A DNA stretch of 36,708 bases, taken from the NCBI GenBank assembly GCA_040754655.1, contig JBFMCE010000035.1:1-36708 (forward strand). Direction: 5' to 3'. Source of the DNA: Bdellovibrionota bacterium (lineage in GTDB: Bacteria; Bdellovibrionota; UBA1018; UBA923). Positions 17,432 through 26,447 of this stretch are shown in pieces. Every line of letters begins with the position of its first letter. Positions within the stretch are counted from its first letter, which is position 1. The translations under genes were made by a program, and so were the position numbers. The notes beneath the pieces were generated by a model that was given only the letters and a program-made list of their open reading frames with translations, was not told the DNA's origin and did no database searches.

Positions 17432-18225
17432 AGCCTGCGAATGTGGTTGAATCGGTTGGCGCTCTGTTTCTAAGCTTCATCGAAGAGACTGGCAAGGTCT
17501 CGCAGTTCTTCGCGCAAGCATGTTATTGGATGATGCGCCCGCCGGTCAGGTTGAGGCTCTTCCTGGATCAGTTTTTATTCGTCGCCAACAAGTCGGTGTT
17601 CATCGTGGGGCTTACCGGTTGGTTTAGCGGCATGGTGTTTGCGATCCAAATTTATTTCGGCTTTCGGATCATCAATGCCGACGCCCTTGTGGGGCCGGCG
17701 GTCGCGATCGGGATGGTCAGAGAGCTGGGACCCGTCTTCACCGCGATAGTCGTGACTGGGAGAGCGGGCGCCGCGATGGCGGCGCAGCTGGGCACGATGC
17801 GGGTGACTGAGCAGATCGACGCCATGGACGTGATGGCGGTGAATTCGATTCAATATCTGGTGGTTCCGCGGATCATCGCAAGTTTTATCGCGCTTCCTTT
17901 GCTGACCAGCCTTTTCATCTTCGTCGGCAATGCGGGCAGCTACTTCACCGGCGTCTATATACTTTCTATTGATCCGGTGATCTTTTTTGCCCACCTGCAA
18001 GAGATCGTTTACTTGCGCGACGTCGCGCAAGGGTTGATAAAAGCTGCCGCATTTGGCATCATTTTTTCTACGATCGGTACTTATAAGGGGTATTTTACGC
18101 AAGGCGGCGCGGAAGCCGTGGGGCGTTCAACCAATGAAGCAGTCGTGATCACGCTGGTGCTGATCTTGGTGAGCGATTACTTCTTGACCTTGATGGTCCA
18201 TGCGCTTCTGTACCGATCGCTGTAG
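17428..18225 (+). CDS. mlaE: MlaE-family ABC permease
   Basis: RELGPVFTAIVVTGRAG, GTMRVTEQIDA and GGAEAVGRST; ATGA overlap with alr. Confidence 0.95.
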   Translation: MKPANVVESVGALFLSFIEETGKVSQFFAQACYWMMRPPVRLRLFLDQFLFVANKSVFIVGLTGWFSGMVFAIQIYFGFRIINADALVGPAVAIGMVRELGPVFTAIVVTGRAGAAMAAQLGTMRVTEQIDAMDVMAVNSIQYLVVPRIIASFIALPLLTSLFIFVGNAGSYFTGVYILSIDPVIFFAHLQEIVYLRDVAQGLIKAAAFGIIFSTIGTYKGYFTQGGAEAVGRSTNEAVVITLVLILVSDYFLTLMVHALLYRSL

Positions 18226-18277
18226 TTGAAGTCTAGCAGTCTTAAGTTGTTGTGGTTTTTTTACGGAGGATGAGCCA

Positions 18278-19066
18278 CTGAAACACTCCAACGATCTGAT
18301 TGCGGTCGACGTCCGCAATATCTCCAAGGCGTTTCGCAATGGGCGTTATCCGGTATTTCAAGGCGTGAGCCTGCAGATCCCGCGCGGTGAAATCACCTTC
18401 ATTTTAGGGCCCTCTGGAGTGGGGAAGTCGGTTTTGCTCAAACACATCCTCGGGCTTCTCAAACCCGATAGCGGCGAAGTTCGTATTTTCAATGAACCCA
18501 TTCCCTACCATGATCCGCAGCAACTCAATGAGATGAGGAAAAACTTCGGCATGTTGTTTCAATACGCCGCGTTGTTCGACGACTTCACTGTTTTTCAGAA
18601 CGTCGCTTTTCCATTGGTCGAGCACCGCCGCAACATGCCTCTGAGCGAAGTTCGAGCGAAAGTGGCTCAAACGCTTCGGGCCGTGGGGCTTGACCCCGAT
18701 CAGACGATGGACAAACTTCCCAATGAACTTTCCGGTGGGATGAAAAAACGCGTGGGCCTCGCCCGCGCGATCGTGCTCGAGCCCGAGATCCTGCTTTACG
18801 ATGAACCCACGACGGGGCTTGATCCGATGACAAGAGCGATGGTCGATGATTTGATCGTTGAGACGAACAGCAAGTTTGGATTGACTTCGCTCGTGATCAG
18901 TCACGATATCCCTTCCGCGTTGTATTCAGCGGATCACATCGGGTTTTTGTACGAGGGTAAAATCGTATTTTGGGGAAAACCCGACGAGTTTCGAAAATGT
19001 GACCATCCAATGGTGCAAGGCTTCTTAAAGTCGGAAGAGCGGCATCGGAAAGAGATGCACGCATGA
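18278..19066 (+). CDS. mlaF: MlaF/Mkl-family ABC ATPase, probable CTG start
   Basis: GPSGVGKS, LSGGMKKR and LLYDEPTTGLDP. The in-frame extension VDVRNISKAF lies upstream of the GTG at 18365, and GGAGG sits 8 nt before CTG 18278. Confidence 0.92.
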   Translation: MKHSNDLIAVDVRNISKAFRNGRYPVFQGVSLQIPRGEITFILGPSGVGKSVLLKHILGLLKPDSGEVRIFNEPIPYHDPQQLNEMRKNFGMLFQYAALFDDFTVFQNVAFPLVEHRRNMPLSEVRAKVAQTLRAVGLDPDQTMDKLPNELSGGMKKRVGLARAIVLEPEILLYDEPTTGLDPMTRAMVDDLIVETNSKFGLTSLVISHDIPSALYSADHIGFLYEGKIVFWGKPDEFRKCDHPMVQGFLKSEERHRKEMHA

Positions 19067-20367
19067 GCGCAGAACTGAAGGCCGGGGTTTTTGTTCTGGC
19101 GGCGATTTCGGCACTGGTCTACATGACCACCCGGCTCACGCAAAACCGATACACGTTGTCAGGCACGAAGAAGTACTACGCGCTGATTTCTGATGCGACA
19201 GGACTGCTTTCCAAGAGCAAAGTCAAGATGTCGGGCCTGGATGTAGGGCAATTGAAGAACATGGAGCTCGCCGGAAACAAAAAGGTCCGGGTGACCATTG
19301 AAGTCGCAGCCGACATGAATCTTTACAAAGATGCGACCATCGCGGTGAAGTCGATCGGTTTCTTAGGCGACAAGTATCTCGAGCTGCATCCGGGGGCGCA
19401 GTCAGCGGGCGTTCTCGAAGAGGGAGGCTACATCGCCGAAGGAGATGACGGCGGCAGCATCGACAGCTTGACTCGCAAGACGGGCGAGCTTGTCGATAAC
19501 TTGAAGGATATCGCGCTCGTCTTGAAAGACGCCCTGAAGGGAGCAGGAACTGATGGCGACGGCACGAGGCTCGATCGCATTCTAGACAATATGGAGCAAT
19601 TCTCGGAAGGGCTTGCCGAGATCGATAAGCTTGGCCATCTGGCGGATCGTTTCAGCGAAATCGCGGACAATGTGCGTGATATCACGGCGCGGGTGAATAG
19701 AGGCGAGGGAACGGTAGGAAAGCTCCTTACGGATTCAGAAACCATCGACAAGATCAACCAGACGATCTCGGGCGTGAACAAACTCGTAACCAAAGTGGAC
19801 AAGCTTCAGGTCATTGTTGACGCTAAAAGCGCCGCTTTAGTGGCGCGCGGCGGGTCTCGTTCGAATTTCTCAGTGATGATCCAGCCGACATACGATAAAT
19901 ACTATCTATTTGGTATTACGACCAGGCCGCAAGGCATCACGACGATCAAGCGCACTGAGACCACTCCCAATCCTGATCAGCCAGGAGCCGTGTCCAGCGT
20001 CACTGAAACCAAGGAAACGGAAGAGGCGGGCATTGGGATCAATGCGCAGTTCGCAAAACGTTTTGGCGATGCCGTATTCAAGTTCGGCCTTTTCGAGAGC
20101 ACGGGAGGCCTCGGGATCGATTACAACCTTCTAGACGATCGCGCCAAGATCTTCGGCGAAGTGTATCGCTTCAGGTCGGGCAACAGCCCTCAGGTGAATT
20201 TTGGGGCTGAGGTGCAAGTATACAGACCATTTTATATTTGGACGGGCGTGGATTTCTTGCTCACCAGCGTGAATCGCAGCTATTTCGTCGGCGGCGGTAT
20301 CCGGTTCACTGACCAAGACTTGAAGGCGCTGATCGCTACCGCGGCAAGCAGCGGTAGCTTGCGATAG
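19063..20367 (+). CDS. mlaD: Long MlaD/MCE protein with helical stalk and C-terminal beta-rich domain
   Basis: N-terminal TM; MCE motifs GL..VKMSGLDVG and GFLGDKYLEL; GEGTVGKLL; C-terminal amphipathic strands. Confidence 0.92.
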   Translation: MSAELKAGVFVLAAISALVYMTTRLTQNRYTLSGTKKYYALISDATGLLSKSKVKMSGLDVGQLKNMELAGNKKVRVTIEVAADMNLYKDATIAVKSIGFLGDKYLELHPGAQSAGVLEEGGYIAEGDDGGSIDSLTRKTGELVDNLKDIALVLKDALKGAGTDGDGTRLDRILDNMEQFSEGLAEIDKLGHLADRFSEIADNVRDITARVNRGEGTVGKLLTDSETIDKINQTISGVNKLVTKVDKLQVIVDAKSAALVARGGSRSNFSVMIQPTYDKYYLFGITTRPQGITTIKRTETTPNPDQPGAVSSVTETKETEEAGIGINAQFAKRFGDAVFKFGLFESTGGLGIDYNLLDDRAKIFGEVYRFRSGNSPQVNFGAEVQVYRPFYIWTGVDFLLTSVNRSYFVGGGIRFTDQDLKALIATAASSGSLR

Positions 20368-20368
20368 C

Positions 20369-20992
20369 GTGAGAAACATCATGATGGCTGCTCATGGGAA
20401 ACAAAGGCAGTGGCTGATCAGGAAAGCGGAGCATGGCGCCGCTTCGAACCTGTACACGCTTCTCGGCCCCTACTGGACGGATCAGATCAAATCGATGATT
20501 GAACAAGGCATGCTCGAAGCTGATGATGAGCTTTGCGCTGAACAAGGCTACTGGTTCGCGTTGCATGAAGTGACCGAAGTAAAGAACCATTTCAAACTTG
20601 ATTCGGTGATTTTGCGTCGGTTCATGAAGGAAGAAGACGATGAAGCCACCCAACCCGAGATCTTGCTGGACGAGCCGTCTGAGGGCGTTGATCCTGATTC
20701 GACAGGGTTGATCCGGCTTCCCTCGCAAACGGCAGCCAAGCAAAATCCGGGTACTGGCAATAGCTTAACGACTGAAGGTTCGTCGCAATCTCCGTTGCTC
20801 ACTTCGCAAGAGCTTGCGCAGAGATTTCGCCGCGTCAGTCATGCCGAGTCGCTGGGTTATTTCAACGCTTGCCGTGTTTCCCAAAGCGCCATAAAACTCG
20901 AACGCAGCAGATTTTGGAGTATTATTTTCGTGGCTTGTGTGGTCTTAGCGAGTTTAGGTGTTCTATGGGTCCTTCGAACTTTAAAGCCTTAA
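20369..20992 (+). CDS. GYF_2-like N-terminal domain protein with C-terminal TM
   Basis: WLIR...LGPY..DQIKSMIEQG.L..DDE...W; acidic disordered linker; C-terminal hydrophobic helix. Confidence 0.65.
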   Translation: MRNIMMAAHGKQRQWLIRKAEHGAASNLYTLLGPYWTDQIKSMIEQGMLEADDELCAEQGYWFALHEVTEVKNHFKLDSVILRRFMKEEDDEATQPEILLDEPSEGVDPDSTGLIRLPSQTAAKQNPGTGNSLTTEGSSQSPLLTSQELAQRFRRVSHAESLGYFNACRVSQSAIKLERSRFWSIIFVACVVLASLGVLWVLRTLKP

Positions 20993-21069
20993 ACGGCAAT
21001 AAAACAAAAAAATTGCGCGCTGGCATTGAACGAGATCCGATTTGGAGCCCTATCCATGCCGGCACTGGC

Positions 21070-21975
21070 ATGTCAAGGCTTGCTCCGCCGTGGGGGCGGG
21101 ATCAGGTGCGTTGGCTCTCGGACGGCTACTATGTCTTGAGGCTCGCGACTGAGGAGCAGAGCCGGTGGTTTCTCGGATGTGGTCTTTCCTGGAGAAATGC
21201 GTTTCCCCATGAGCGCACTTTCCGACGCTCGGCGATCGACAAGGGCGCCGTCATCGAGAGACTCGCGATGAATCCTTGGCCAGCGCATCTCGGAGTCGAT
21301 TTTCCATTTCAAGAGTGGCGCGCCGTCCTCGCGCAAGCAATCGAGAAGTCCGAGACCGTACTGGATAGCGGTCACATCACCCTTTGGCGGCTAGAGCAAT
21401 TGCCCGAAGTTTTGAGCTCGTTTCAGGGAAACTGCGTGGTGCTGGATGGACACCATTCCAGGCGCGCGCAGCGCAATCTTCGTTTGAAGAAGTTTTTTGG
21501 ATGGGTCGAGGCCCTGGATTCGCCGCAACTCCAAGTTCGCGCTATCCATCGATCGGGTTGGCTCGCTCAATGGCTCGATGAGCTGATCGCTTCGCGGTCG
21601 ATCATGAGGCTAGAGCGTGGCTCCGAACCACAACCCTGGCAGATGAACTGCTCTCAGGTGGTCGAGGTCGTTCAAGCTGACAAGAGATGGTGGTGCGAGG
21701 TCTGTGATTTCGAGAAAGGCGAGACCGCGCTGGATGCGCTTACGCGGATGGCGAAAGGAAGAGTGCTGTTTCGATCAAGCTCGAGTTTCGAAGAAATCTT
21801 GAATTGGCTTGAGAATGTCGAAGTAGACACCGCGCTCAGGTTGCCAGCTCCGACGAAGGAGTATGTCTTGCAGCGGAGTTTGGAACGAAAGCTTTTCCCG
21901 CAAAAGGCGACGTATTTCTATCCTAAGATTCCTTTTGGTTTGTTGGTGCAAGACCTGCGGCAAGAGTTGGAATAG
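21070..21975 (+). CDS. Divergent DUF1015-family protein
   Basis: PHERT, LDGHH and C-terminal PQKATYFYPKIPFGL. Start placed at ATG 21070 to avoid overlap, so the start is uncertain. Confidence 0.75.
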   Translation: MSRLAPPWGRDQVRWLSDGYYVLRLATEEQSRWFLGCGLSWRNAFPHERTFRRSAIDKGAVIERLAMNPWPAHLGVDFPFQEWRAVLAQAIEKSETVLDSGHITLWRLEQLPEVLSSFQGNCVVLDGHHSRRAQRNLRLKKFFGWVEALDSPQLQVRAIHRSGWLAQWLDELIASRSIMRLERGSEPQPWQMNCSQVVEVVQADKRWWCEVCDFEKGETALDALTRMAKGRVLFRSSSSFEEILNWLENVEVDTALRLPAPTKEYVLQRSLERKLFPQKATYFYPKIPFGLLVQDLRQELE

Positions 21976-21983
21976 CGGGTTGC

Positions 21984-22289
21984 TCATTCACTTGGTTCGG
22001 GGCTCGCCATTTTGTATCTCAGCGCCTTGACCCGTTTTTCTTTAAATTCGCGCTCATATTTCGCGATGATTTCTTGCTCAAGGTACCGCAAGCTTTGCAG
22101 CCAGGCCGAACTTTGCGAGGCCACCAAAAGCACTCCATTGTCGAGCATCTTGGCCGGCCAGCAGTGTTTTGCCACCCGATCCCCGACGATCCGAGGCCAG
22201 GCTTCATAGACCTCGAACTCACGCGTGCGTTCGCGGTAATTTGGGGTGCTTTTTAAGACTTCGGATAGGATTTTCTTGAGCAAGTCCAT
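21984..22289 (-). CDS. DUF721/DciA-family protein
   Basis: WPRIVGDRVAKHCWP, GVLLV and SSAWLQSL pattern. Confidence 0.85.
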   Translation of the reverse strand: MDLLKKILSEVLKSTPNYRERTREFEVYEAWPRIVGDRVAKHCWPAKMLDNGVLLVASQSSAWLQSLRYLEQEIIAKYEREFKEKRVKALRYKMASPEPSE

Positions 22290-22328
22290 AGTTGTGAGCC
22301 TTACCCCTCTATATCTCTCACGACATTA

Positions 22329-22357
22329 TTTACAACACTACGAAGATTCAATACGCT
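22329..22357 (+). promoter_or_regulatory. Sigma70-type promoter, probably giving a leaderless mRNA
   Basis: TTTACA-N17-TACGCT, 6 nt before ATG 22364, with no SD sequence. Confidence 0.6.
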
Positions 22358-22363
22358 AACTTT

Positions 22364-23350
22364 ATGAACGACCACTCATCGCCAGCCGATCCTAATGTGC
22401 GGTATTTTTCTGTCCCCCTGCTGCAACTTTCTGCGGAGCGTGAATTCCCGGGAAACGTGTATCTTTGCCTCAATCACAAGATGGTGAAGTATCGCAATCG
22501 AGGAGATAAGCTTGACGCAGAGTCTTTCAACAAGCTGGTTTTCAACCATGTAAAGATCGTCTTTATCGAAGATTCCGACCGAGAAGCCTTCGACAAGTGG
22601 CTCGCAGAGGGCAACTCTCAAGACCAGTCTGAAGCCTTGCTCATTGCCGAGAACCCTGAGGCAGGCCCCATTATCGAGGCCATCCAAGAACAGCGCAGGG
22701 CGATGATGGATATTTTTGAATCTCCTAGGGAGGATGGCGCGATCAAAGGAGCGATCGACACTTCAAAACGCATGGTGACAGAGTTTTTGCGCAAACCCTT
22801 TGCGCTGAGCAATGTTCAGGCCTTACAGAAGTACTCAAAGGGGTGCGTCGATCATTCCGTGAATGTTTCGATGCTCTGTGTATTTTTGGGGCTAAAAATG
22901 GGGTATTCGCATCAACTGATCCTTGAAAATCTTGCTCTGGGCGGACTTTTTCATGATCTTGGCAAGACCGAGGTTTCGCCCAACGCCGACGACTCCCCCA
23001 TGACCGGCGAAGATGACCCTGCCATGAGAGAGCATCCCAAACTCGGAGCTGAATTGATCGAAAAGCGTAAAGAATTCAACAATGAAGTGCGCATGATCAT
23101 CGCACAACACCATGAGTACCTGGATGGCACCGGATATCCAGCCGGCCTTAAGGGCTTGGCGGTTTATGATCTGGCAAGGCTCGTGGGCATTGCCAACGTT
23201 TATGACAATTTGATCTCAGAGAGCCAGGCTCCAACGATGAAAGAACGTGTGAGCGAGGCCTTAGATCGCTTAGAGAGTGATTTTGAGGGCAAGTTTGATC
23301 CTAAAAAGCTGGAAAAAGTGATCAAGATTCTGAGATATAGCTTCGTATGA
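22364..23350 (+). CDS. HD-GYP domain protein, putative c-di-GMP phosphodiesterase
   Basis: DHS, FHDLGK, EHP and HHEYLDGTGYPAGLKG. Confidence 0.9.
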   Translation: MNDHSSPADPNVRYFSVPLLQLSAEREFPGNVYLCLNHKMVKYRNRGDKLDAESFNKLVFNHVKIVFIEDSDREAFDKWLAEGNSQDQSEALLIAENPEAGPIIEAIQEQRRAMMDIFESPREDGAIKGAIDTSKRMVTEFLRKPFALSNVQALQKYSKGCVDHSVNVSMLCVFLGLKMGYSHQLILENLALGGLFHDLGKTEVSPNADDSPMTGEDDPAMREHPKLGAELIEKRKEFNNEVRMIIAQHHEYLDGTGYPAGLKGLAVYDLARLVGIANVYDNLISESQAPTMKERVSEALDRLESDFEGKFDPKKLEKVIKILRYSFV

Positions 23351-25851
23351 GCAGTGATATTTTTGACCACCGACAGATCGAGCCCAAATGGCAAGAGACC
23401 TGGAAGAAAGCCCATTTCTTTGAAGTTCAACCCGAGAAGGGGCGCCCTAAGTATTACATCCTAGAGATGTTTCCATATCCTTCGGGCACGATTCACATGG
23501 GCCACGTGAGGAACTATACGATTGGCGATGTCATGGCCCGTTACAAGGCCCTGCGTGGATTCAACGTGATGCATCCCATGGGTTGGGACGCCTTCGGTCT
23601 GCCTGCTGAGAACGCCGCAATCAAGAACAAAACCCATCCCGCGAAATGGACCTATTCCAACATCGCTTACATGAAGCGGCAGTTTGAGCGCATGGGATGG
23701 TTGTTCGATTGGAGAAGGGAAGCCGCAACCTGCTCGGCGGATTACTACAAGTGGGAACAACTTTTTTTCATCAAGATGTATGAAAAGGGGCTGGCCTACC
23801 GCAAGCTCTCGACCGTGAACTGGTGCCCCAGCTGCAATACCGTGCTCGCCAATGAGCAGGTTGAAGCGGGTAGGTGCTGGCGCTGCGAGAATGAAGTCAC
23901 GACCAAAGAACTTGTGCAGTGGTTCTTGAAGGTCACCGCTTACGCTGAAGAACTCTTAGAGGGTTGCGATAAGCTCACGGGCTGGCCTGAGCGCGTGAAG
24001 GCCATGCAAAAGCATTGGATTGGCAAGAGCGAAGGCGCTGAGATTTTATTTGAAGTCGCGGATGGGCCGAAACGGGGGACGAAAATCCCGGTCTTCACAA
24101 CGAGGCCCGATACCGTTTGCGGTGTTTCGTTCATGAGCCTGGCTCCTGAGCACCCGCTTACTTTAGAGCTTGCTCAAGGCACTTCGCAGGAGGCGAAGGT
24201 AGCAGAGTTCGTCGAAAAAGTGCGCAAGGTGGATAAGATCAAGCGCACAGACGAGAATTACGAAAAAGAAGGCGTGTTCGTCGGGGCGCATGTTTTGAAT
24301 CCGGTCACAGGCGGGAAGTTGCCCGTTTATGCGGCGAACTTCGTCTTGATGGAGTATGGCTCTGGAGCCGTGATGGCGGTGCCCGCGCATGATGTACGCG
24401 ACCATGCGTTTGCGAAGAAGTACGGACTGCCCATTCAAGAGGTGATCCATTCGGAAACTCCGCATCCTAGCGTGCAAGAACAGGCGTTCACAGAGCAGGG
24501 CTGTCTTGTGAATTCGGCGCAGTTCTCTGGTTTATCGAGCGAAGAAGCCAAACAAAAAATCCCTCATTGGCTGCAAGAGAAGGGTTTGGGCAAGCCCACG
24601 GTGAATTACAAACTTCGCGATTGGGGAATCTCCCGCCAGAGGTATTGGGGAGCTCCGATTCCCATGATCCATTGCGCGAAGTGCGGAACAGTGCCGGTGC
24701 CTGAAAAAGACTTGCCCGTGATTTTGCCCGAAGACGTTGAATTTACGGGCGAGGGCGCAAGTCCATTGGCAAAGAGCGAGAAATTCCTGAACGTTCCGTG
24801 CCCGAAATGCGCAGGACCTGGTCAGCGCGAGACTGATACGATGGACACCTTCATGGAGTCGAGTTGGTATTACTTGCGGTTTTGCTCGATTCCCAGCGCA
24901 GAAAGGCCTTTTGTCGCTGAAGACGTGAAATACTGGTGTCCGATTGACCAGTACATCGGCGGAATTGAGCATGCGACGATGCATTTATTGTATTTTCGAT
25001 TTTATCACCGCGTGCTTCAAGATTTGGGGTGGTTGCCCAAAGACATCTCTCGCGAGCCTGCGGAAAAGCTTTTGAACCAAGGAATCGTCTACAAAGACGG
25101 CGCGAAAATGAGCAAGAGCAAGGGAAATATCGTCGACCCTGATGCGCTCATTCAAAGGTACGGGGCCGACACCACCCGCCTTTTCGTTTTGTTCGCAGCA
25201 CCGCCTGAGAAAGTGCTCGAGTGGAGTGACGCGGGCGTTGAGGGATCGTACCGTTTCCTGGGTAGGGTTTGGAGGATGTTCCAGGGAAATTTAAGTTTGA
25301 TCCAAGACGTTCAACCTTACAGCGCAGCCCATTCCGATTTGAATCACGTGGATGCCAAGAAAGTGCGCACAAAAACCCACCAGACGATTCAAAAGGTCAC
25401 GGCTGATCTTGAACAGGATTTTCGTTTCAACACCGCGATTTCAGCCATCATGGAACTTGTGAATGAAATCTACGGGTTCAAGGTGGAGCTGAGCGATCAA
25501 GTGGGCCGTCAGGTTCTTCGTGAGTCGATTGAAAGCGTGGTGCGTCTGTTGAATCCGTTTGCTCCGCACCTTACGGAGGAGCTCTGGCAAGCGCTGGGAA
25601 ATACCACGTTGCTCTCTAAAGAGAAGTGGGTGGATCACGATCCTAGCGCGGTCGAACTTGATGTGATCACCATCGTCGTTCAAGTGAACGGAAAACTTCG
25701 AGCCAACCTGATGCTCTCGAAACACGTCGATAAAGATGCTTTGGCGCAGATCGCGGCGAAAGACCCCAAGGTGCAGGGGCATTTGGAAGGCAAAGAAATC
25801 ATACGCACGGTCGTCGTGCCGGGCAAGCTTGTGAATTTTGTGGTGAAATGA
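23347..25851 (+). CDS. leuS: Leucine--tRNA ligase
   Basis: MFPYPSG-HMGH (HIGH), KMSKS, editing domain FTTRPDT and VVQVNGKLR. Confidence 0.99.
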   Translation: MSSDIFDHRQIEPKWQETWKKAHFFEVQPEKGRPKYYILEMFPYPSGTIHMGHVRNYTIGDVMARYKALRGFNVMHPMGWDAFGLPAENAAIKNKTHPAKWTYSNIAYMKRQFERMGWLFDWRREAATCSADYYKWEQLFFIKMYEKGLAYRKLSTVNWCPSCNTVLANEQVEAGRCWRCENEVTTKELVQWFLKVTAYAEELLEGCDKLTGWPERVKAMQKHWIGKSEGAEILFEVADGPKRGTKIPVFTTRPDTVCGVSFMSLAPEHPLTLELAQGTSQEAKVAEFVEKVRKVDKIKRTDENYEKEGVFVGAHVLNPVTGGKLPVYAANFVLMEYGSGAVMAVPAHDVRDHAFAKKYGLPIQEVIHSETPHPSVQEQAFTEQGCLVNSAQFSGLSSEEAKQKIPHWLQEKGLGKPTVNYKLRDWGISRQRYWGAPIPMIHCAKCGTVPVPEKDLPVILPEDVEFTGEGASPLAKSEKFLNVPCPKCAGPGQRETDTMDTFMESSWYYLRFCSIPSAERPFVAEDVKYWCPIDQYIGGIEHATMHLLYFRFYHRVLQDLGWLPKDISREPAEKLLNQGIVYKDGAKMSKSKGNIVDPDALIQRYGADTTRLFVLFAAPPEKVLEWSDAGVEGSYRFLGRVWRMFQGNLSLIQDVQPYSAAHSDLNHVDAKKVRTKTHQTIQKVTADLEQDFRFNTAISAIMELVNEIYGFKVELSDQVGRQVLRESIESVVRLLNPFAPHLTEELWQALGNTTLLSKEKWVDHDPSAVELDVITIVVQVNGKLRANLMLSKHVDKDALAQIAAKDPKVQGHLEGKEIIRTVVVPGKLVNFVVK

Positions 25852-26447
25852 ATCAAATCCAACGGATTTCCTTCTCTTTTGCGCTTTTAGGATTCTTGCT
25901 GAGCAGCAGCGGGTGCGGGTACACCTGGCGTAACAAGAGCAATCCATGGAAAGCGCAAAAGGTCGAACGGGTTTACATCAAGGCGATGATCAACAATACC
26001 TTGCGCTCAGGGCTGGAGGTTCCATTCACAAGCGCGCTGATACGAGAGTTTTCGCGAGGGCCAAAGGTTCGCATCGCCTCAAACGAAGAGAACTCGGATG
26101 CAGTGATTGAAAGTTCATTAGATGCGGTAGGATCGTCGATTGGCCCGACAACTACCGTAGATCGGCTATCGCAAGATCCGGCGGCGCGAGCGTTCAATGA
26201 TTACGTCATTGCTTCTGAGTATTCCGCCTCGGCAACCATCACGGTGAGCCTTGTGCGCAAGCAAGACAAGAGGGTGCTCTGGACAAGGGCGTTTAGCGAG
26301 AGCAAGACCTATCCCGCGAACAACCGTTTTGGTTTGGTGGGTTCTACTTCCGCGTTGATCAACAGCTCTCAAGAACAGTTGGCGCTCAATGAGATCGCTC
26401 AAGTTCTTGCCAGCGATGCGTATGATACGATGTTCGAGGCTTTTTAA
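25848..26447 (+). CDS. lptE: LPS assembly lipoprotein LptE
   Basis: Lipobox SGCGY; conserved leuS-lptE-holA position. Confidence 0.85.
   Translation: MNQIQRISFSFALLGFLLSSSGCGYTWRNKSNPWKAQKVERVYIKAMINNTLRSGLEVPFTSALIREFSRGPKVRIASNEENSDAVIESSLDAVGSSIGPTTTVDRLSQDPAARAFNDYVIASEYSASATITVSLVRKQDKRVLWTRAFSESKTYPANNRFGLVGSTSALINSSQEQLALNEIAQVLASDAYDTMFEAF

Noticed and set aside
20869..21069. Upstream extensions given by the ORF track here and at 9069, 10545, 27810 and 33832
   Set aside because: They overlap neighbouring genes or SD sequences; downstream starts fit better.
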